Positions 62,503 to 64,000 of a stretch of DNA of 64,000 nt are shown piece after piece. A program made the position numbers and the translations under genes. The stretch comes from a bacterium (GTDB lineage Bacteria; SAR324; NAC60-12), in NCBI GenBank assembly GCA_965205865.1, contig CBDBHR010000003.1, positions 61,781 to 125,780 on the forward strand, read 5' to 3'. How positions within the stretch are numbered: the stretch's first letter is position 1; each line of letters opens with the position of its first letter. A model generated the notes under the pieces. The model did no database searches. It was not told where the DNA came from and saw nothing but the letters and a program-made list of their open reading frames with translations.

Positions 62503-63453
62503 TCACTTCTTCCACAATTTTGTTATACGCTTGGATAGTTTTTTCCTCGTTCCGGAATATCTCCCGAGACTACCTTTCAGCCTCGGGTCCAAGAGATCTC
62601 TGACCGCATCGCCAAACATATTGAGGCCGTAGATTGCAATACTGATAGCAAGACCAGGCCAGAGGGCCATCCAAGGAGCGAGGAACATATAATTGCGTCC
62701 CGTGCCACTGAGCATCCCTCCCCAGCTCGGCTGCGGTGGGGGGATGCCAAGCCCAAGGAAGCTGAGGTTGGCTTCAGATAAAATGGAACCCGGCACCTGT
62801 GTCGAAAATACGATAATCACGGGAGGCATAATATTGGGCAGGATATGTCGGATAATGGTTCTCCTCGTCGGACTGCCAATAGCCTCAGCCGCTTTTACAT
62901 ACAATTCCTCTCTAATGTTGATAACGGCGCTTCTTATTATCCTTGAAACAGCGATACCTTGTACCAACCCTAAAATGACAATAATCTGCAACATACCTGG
63001 CCCGACTACAGAGACAGCGGCTAAGAAAAGGACTAACAAGGGAAAGCAAAGCCAGCCATCAACAAAGCGCTGCACCACAATATCGAACCTACCGCCGATA
63101 ACCCCGGAAGGAACACCTATCACAAGGGCAATAAGTACAGTCATAGCGCCGGCAGCTATACCTACAATCATCGAGACACGGGCCCCAAAGATAACACGAC
63201 TTAACATGTCCCGCCCCAGATGATCCGTACCGAGGAAATACTTGGCTGATGGGGGTTGCAAGCGATCTACGGGGCGAATTTCGTTCATCTCATAAGGAGC
63301 CAGCCAATCGGCAAAAATACCAGTCAAAAGAAAGAGCAGCACTATAATCCCACCAATAAGACCCAGTGGTTTCTCCTTGACCAGCCTGATAAGAAAATTA
63401 ACCAACGGGGAGGGAGTGCTTTGTTTCTCTATAAGGCGTATCGATTGCGTCAC
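62503..63453 (-). CDS. peptide/nickel ABC permease (DppC-like)
   Basis: LGTDHLGRDMLSR, HILPN, EANLSFLGLG, PSWGGML, GDAVRDLLDPR. Confidence 0.93.
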   Translation of the reverse strand: MTQSIRLIEKQSTPSPLVNFLIRLVKEKPLGLIGGIIVLLFLLTGIFADWLAPYEMNEIRPVDRLQPPSAKYFLGTDHLGRDMLSRVIFGARVSMIVGIAAGAMTVLIALVIGVPSGVIGGRFDIVVQRFVDGWLCFPLLVLFLAAVSVVGPGMLQIIVILGLVQGIAVSRIIRSAVINIREELYVKAAEAIGSPTRRTIIRHILPNIMPPVIIVFSTQVPGSILSEANLSFLGLGIPPPQPSWGGMLSGTGRNYMFLAPWMALWPGLAISIAIYGLNMFGDAVRDLLDPRLKGSLGRYSGTRKKLSKRITKLWKK

Positions 63454-63474
63454 TCATTCTTCTCAGCTATTTGT

Positions 63475-64000
63475 TTACTTATCAAACCGAACCCTGGGGT
63501 CAAAAAAGCTATAGGACAGGTCAATAACCAGATTGGCCAGCACGATAATGCCAGCCAAAAACATCGTTACTCCGGAGACTATGGTATAGTCTCTATCGTT
63601 GATGGCCAGTAGTAGTAAATGACCCAGGCCGGGTAAGCCGAAGATCTTCTCTGTAACAACTGCACCACCAATCATCCAAGGTATCATAAATCCTATTACG
63701 GTGACCACCGGAATCAGGGCGTTTCGAAGAGCATGCCGGAGGATTACAATCCTCTCCTTGAGTCCCTTTGACCAAGCCGTCCTTATGTAATCTTGCCTTA
63801 GCACCTCCAGCATCATGGTTCGCGTCATCCTCATGATCATCCCCGCCATAATCATGCCCAAAACAAGAGCCGGAACGATGTATTGCTCCAGGTTTCCCAG
63901 CGGGTCATCAGTGAACCTGATAAGCTCTAGCGACGGAGACCAACCCCACCAAATCGAGGGTAAGACTACTACCAATGTCCCTAGCCAGAAGCCTGGTATC
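63475..64000 (-). CDS. peptide/nickel ABC permease (DppB-like), 5' part outside the window
   Basis: RMTRTMMLEVLRQDYIRTAWSKGL, HALRNALIPV, IFGLPGLG, DPRVR. Confidence 0.93.
   Translation of the reverse strand, partial: IPGFWLGTLVVVLPSIWWGWSPSLELIRFTDDPLGNLEQYIVPALVLGMIMAGMIMRMTRTMMLEVLRQDYIRTAWSKGLKERIVILRHALRNALIPVVTVIGFMIPWMIGGAVVTEKIFGLPGLGHLLLLAINDRDYTIVSGVTMFLAGIIVLANLVIDLSYSFFDPRVRFDK

Noticed and set aside
1-64000. CRISPR array or cas genes
   Set aside because: No run of equal-length repeats with unique spacers and no Cas-like ORF seen; the repeats present are MITEs, REPs, IS copies or gene duplications.

Overview
Bacterial chromosomal window with two parts. The core segment (1-13.7 kb) holds a 5'-truncated Lhr-type helicase, tRNA-Leu(GAG), DUF1820, an HPF/RaiA-like gene, serS, gspE and a heterodimeric ABC exporter. 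It is followed by about 50 kb of mosaic accessory DNA. Highlights read from the sequence: (i) an integron-type cassette array with no integrase in the window (18.7-25.9 kb), whose first attC only appears after removing an ORF-less group IIC-attC intron that itself contains a MITE, an IS630 fragment and a decayed IS1380; the first cassette carries a REP-flanked HUH transposase; (ii) a 2116-aa protein with the order IS1595 Zn-ribbon, pseudokinase, STAND-like ATPase, helical region, GAF, PAS, sigma54 activator, HTH, placed upstream of a sigma54-like promoter and a mosaic sugar-ABC/catabolic cluster; (iii) a truncated paralog of that protein preceded by a different transposase-derived domain (IS607 TnpA with its catalytic motif altered); (iv) a MITE family with 7-bp target duplications and interchangeable internal hairpins; (v) a second ORF-less group II intron, three toxin-antitoxin pairs, several IS remnants and many gene fragments. 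All family names come from motif recognition by eye, not database searches. Some frameshifts may be sequencing errors.
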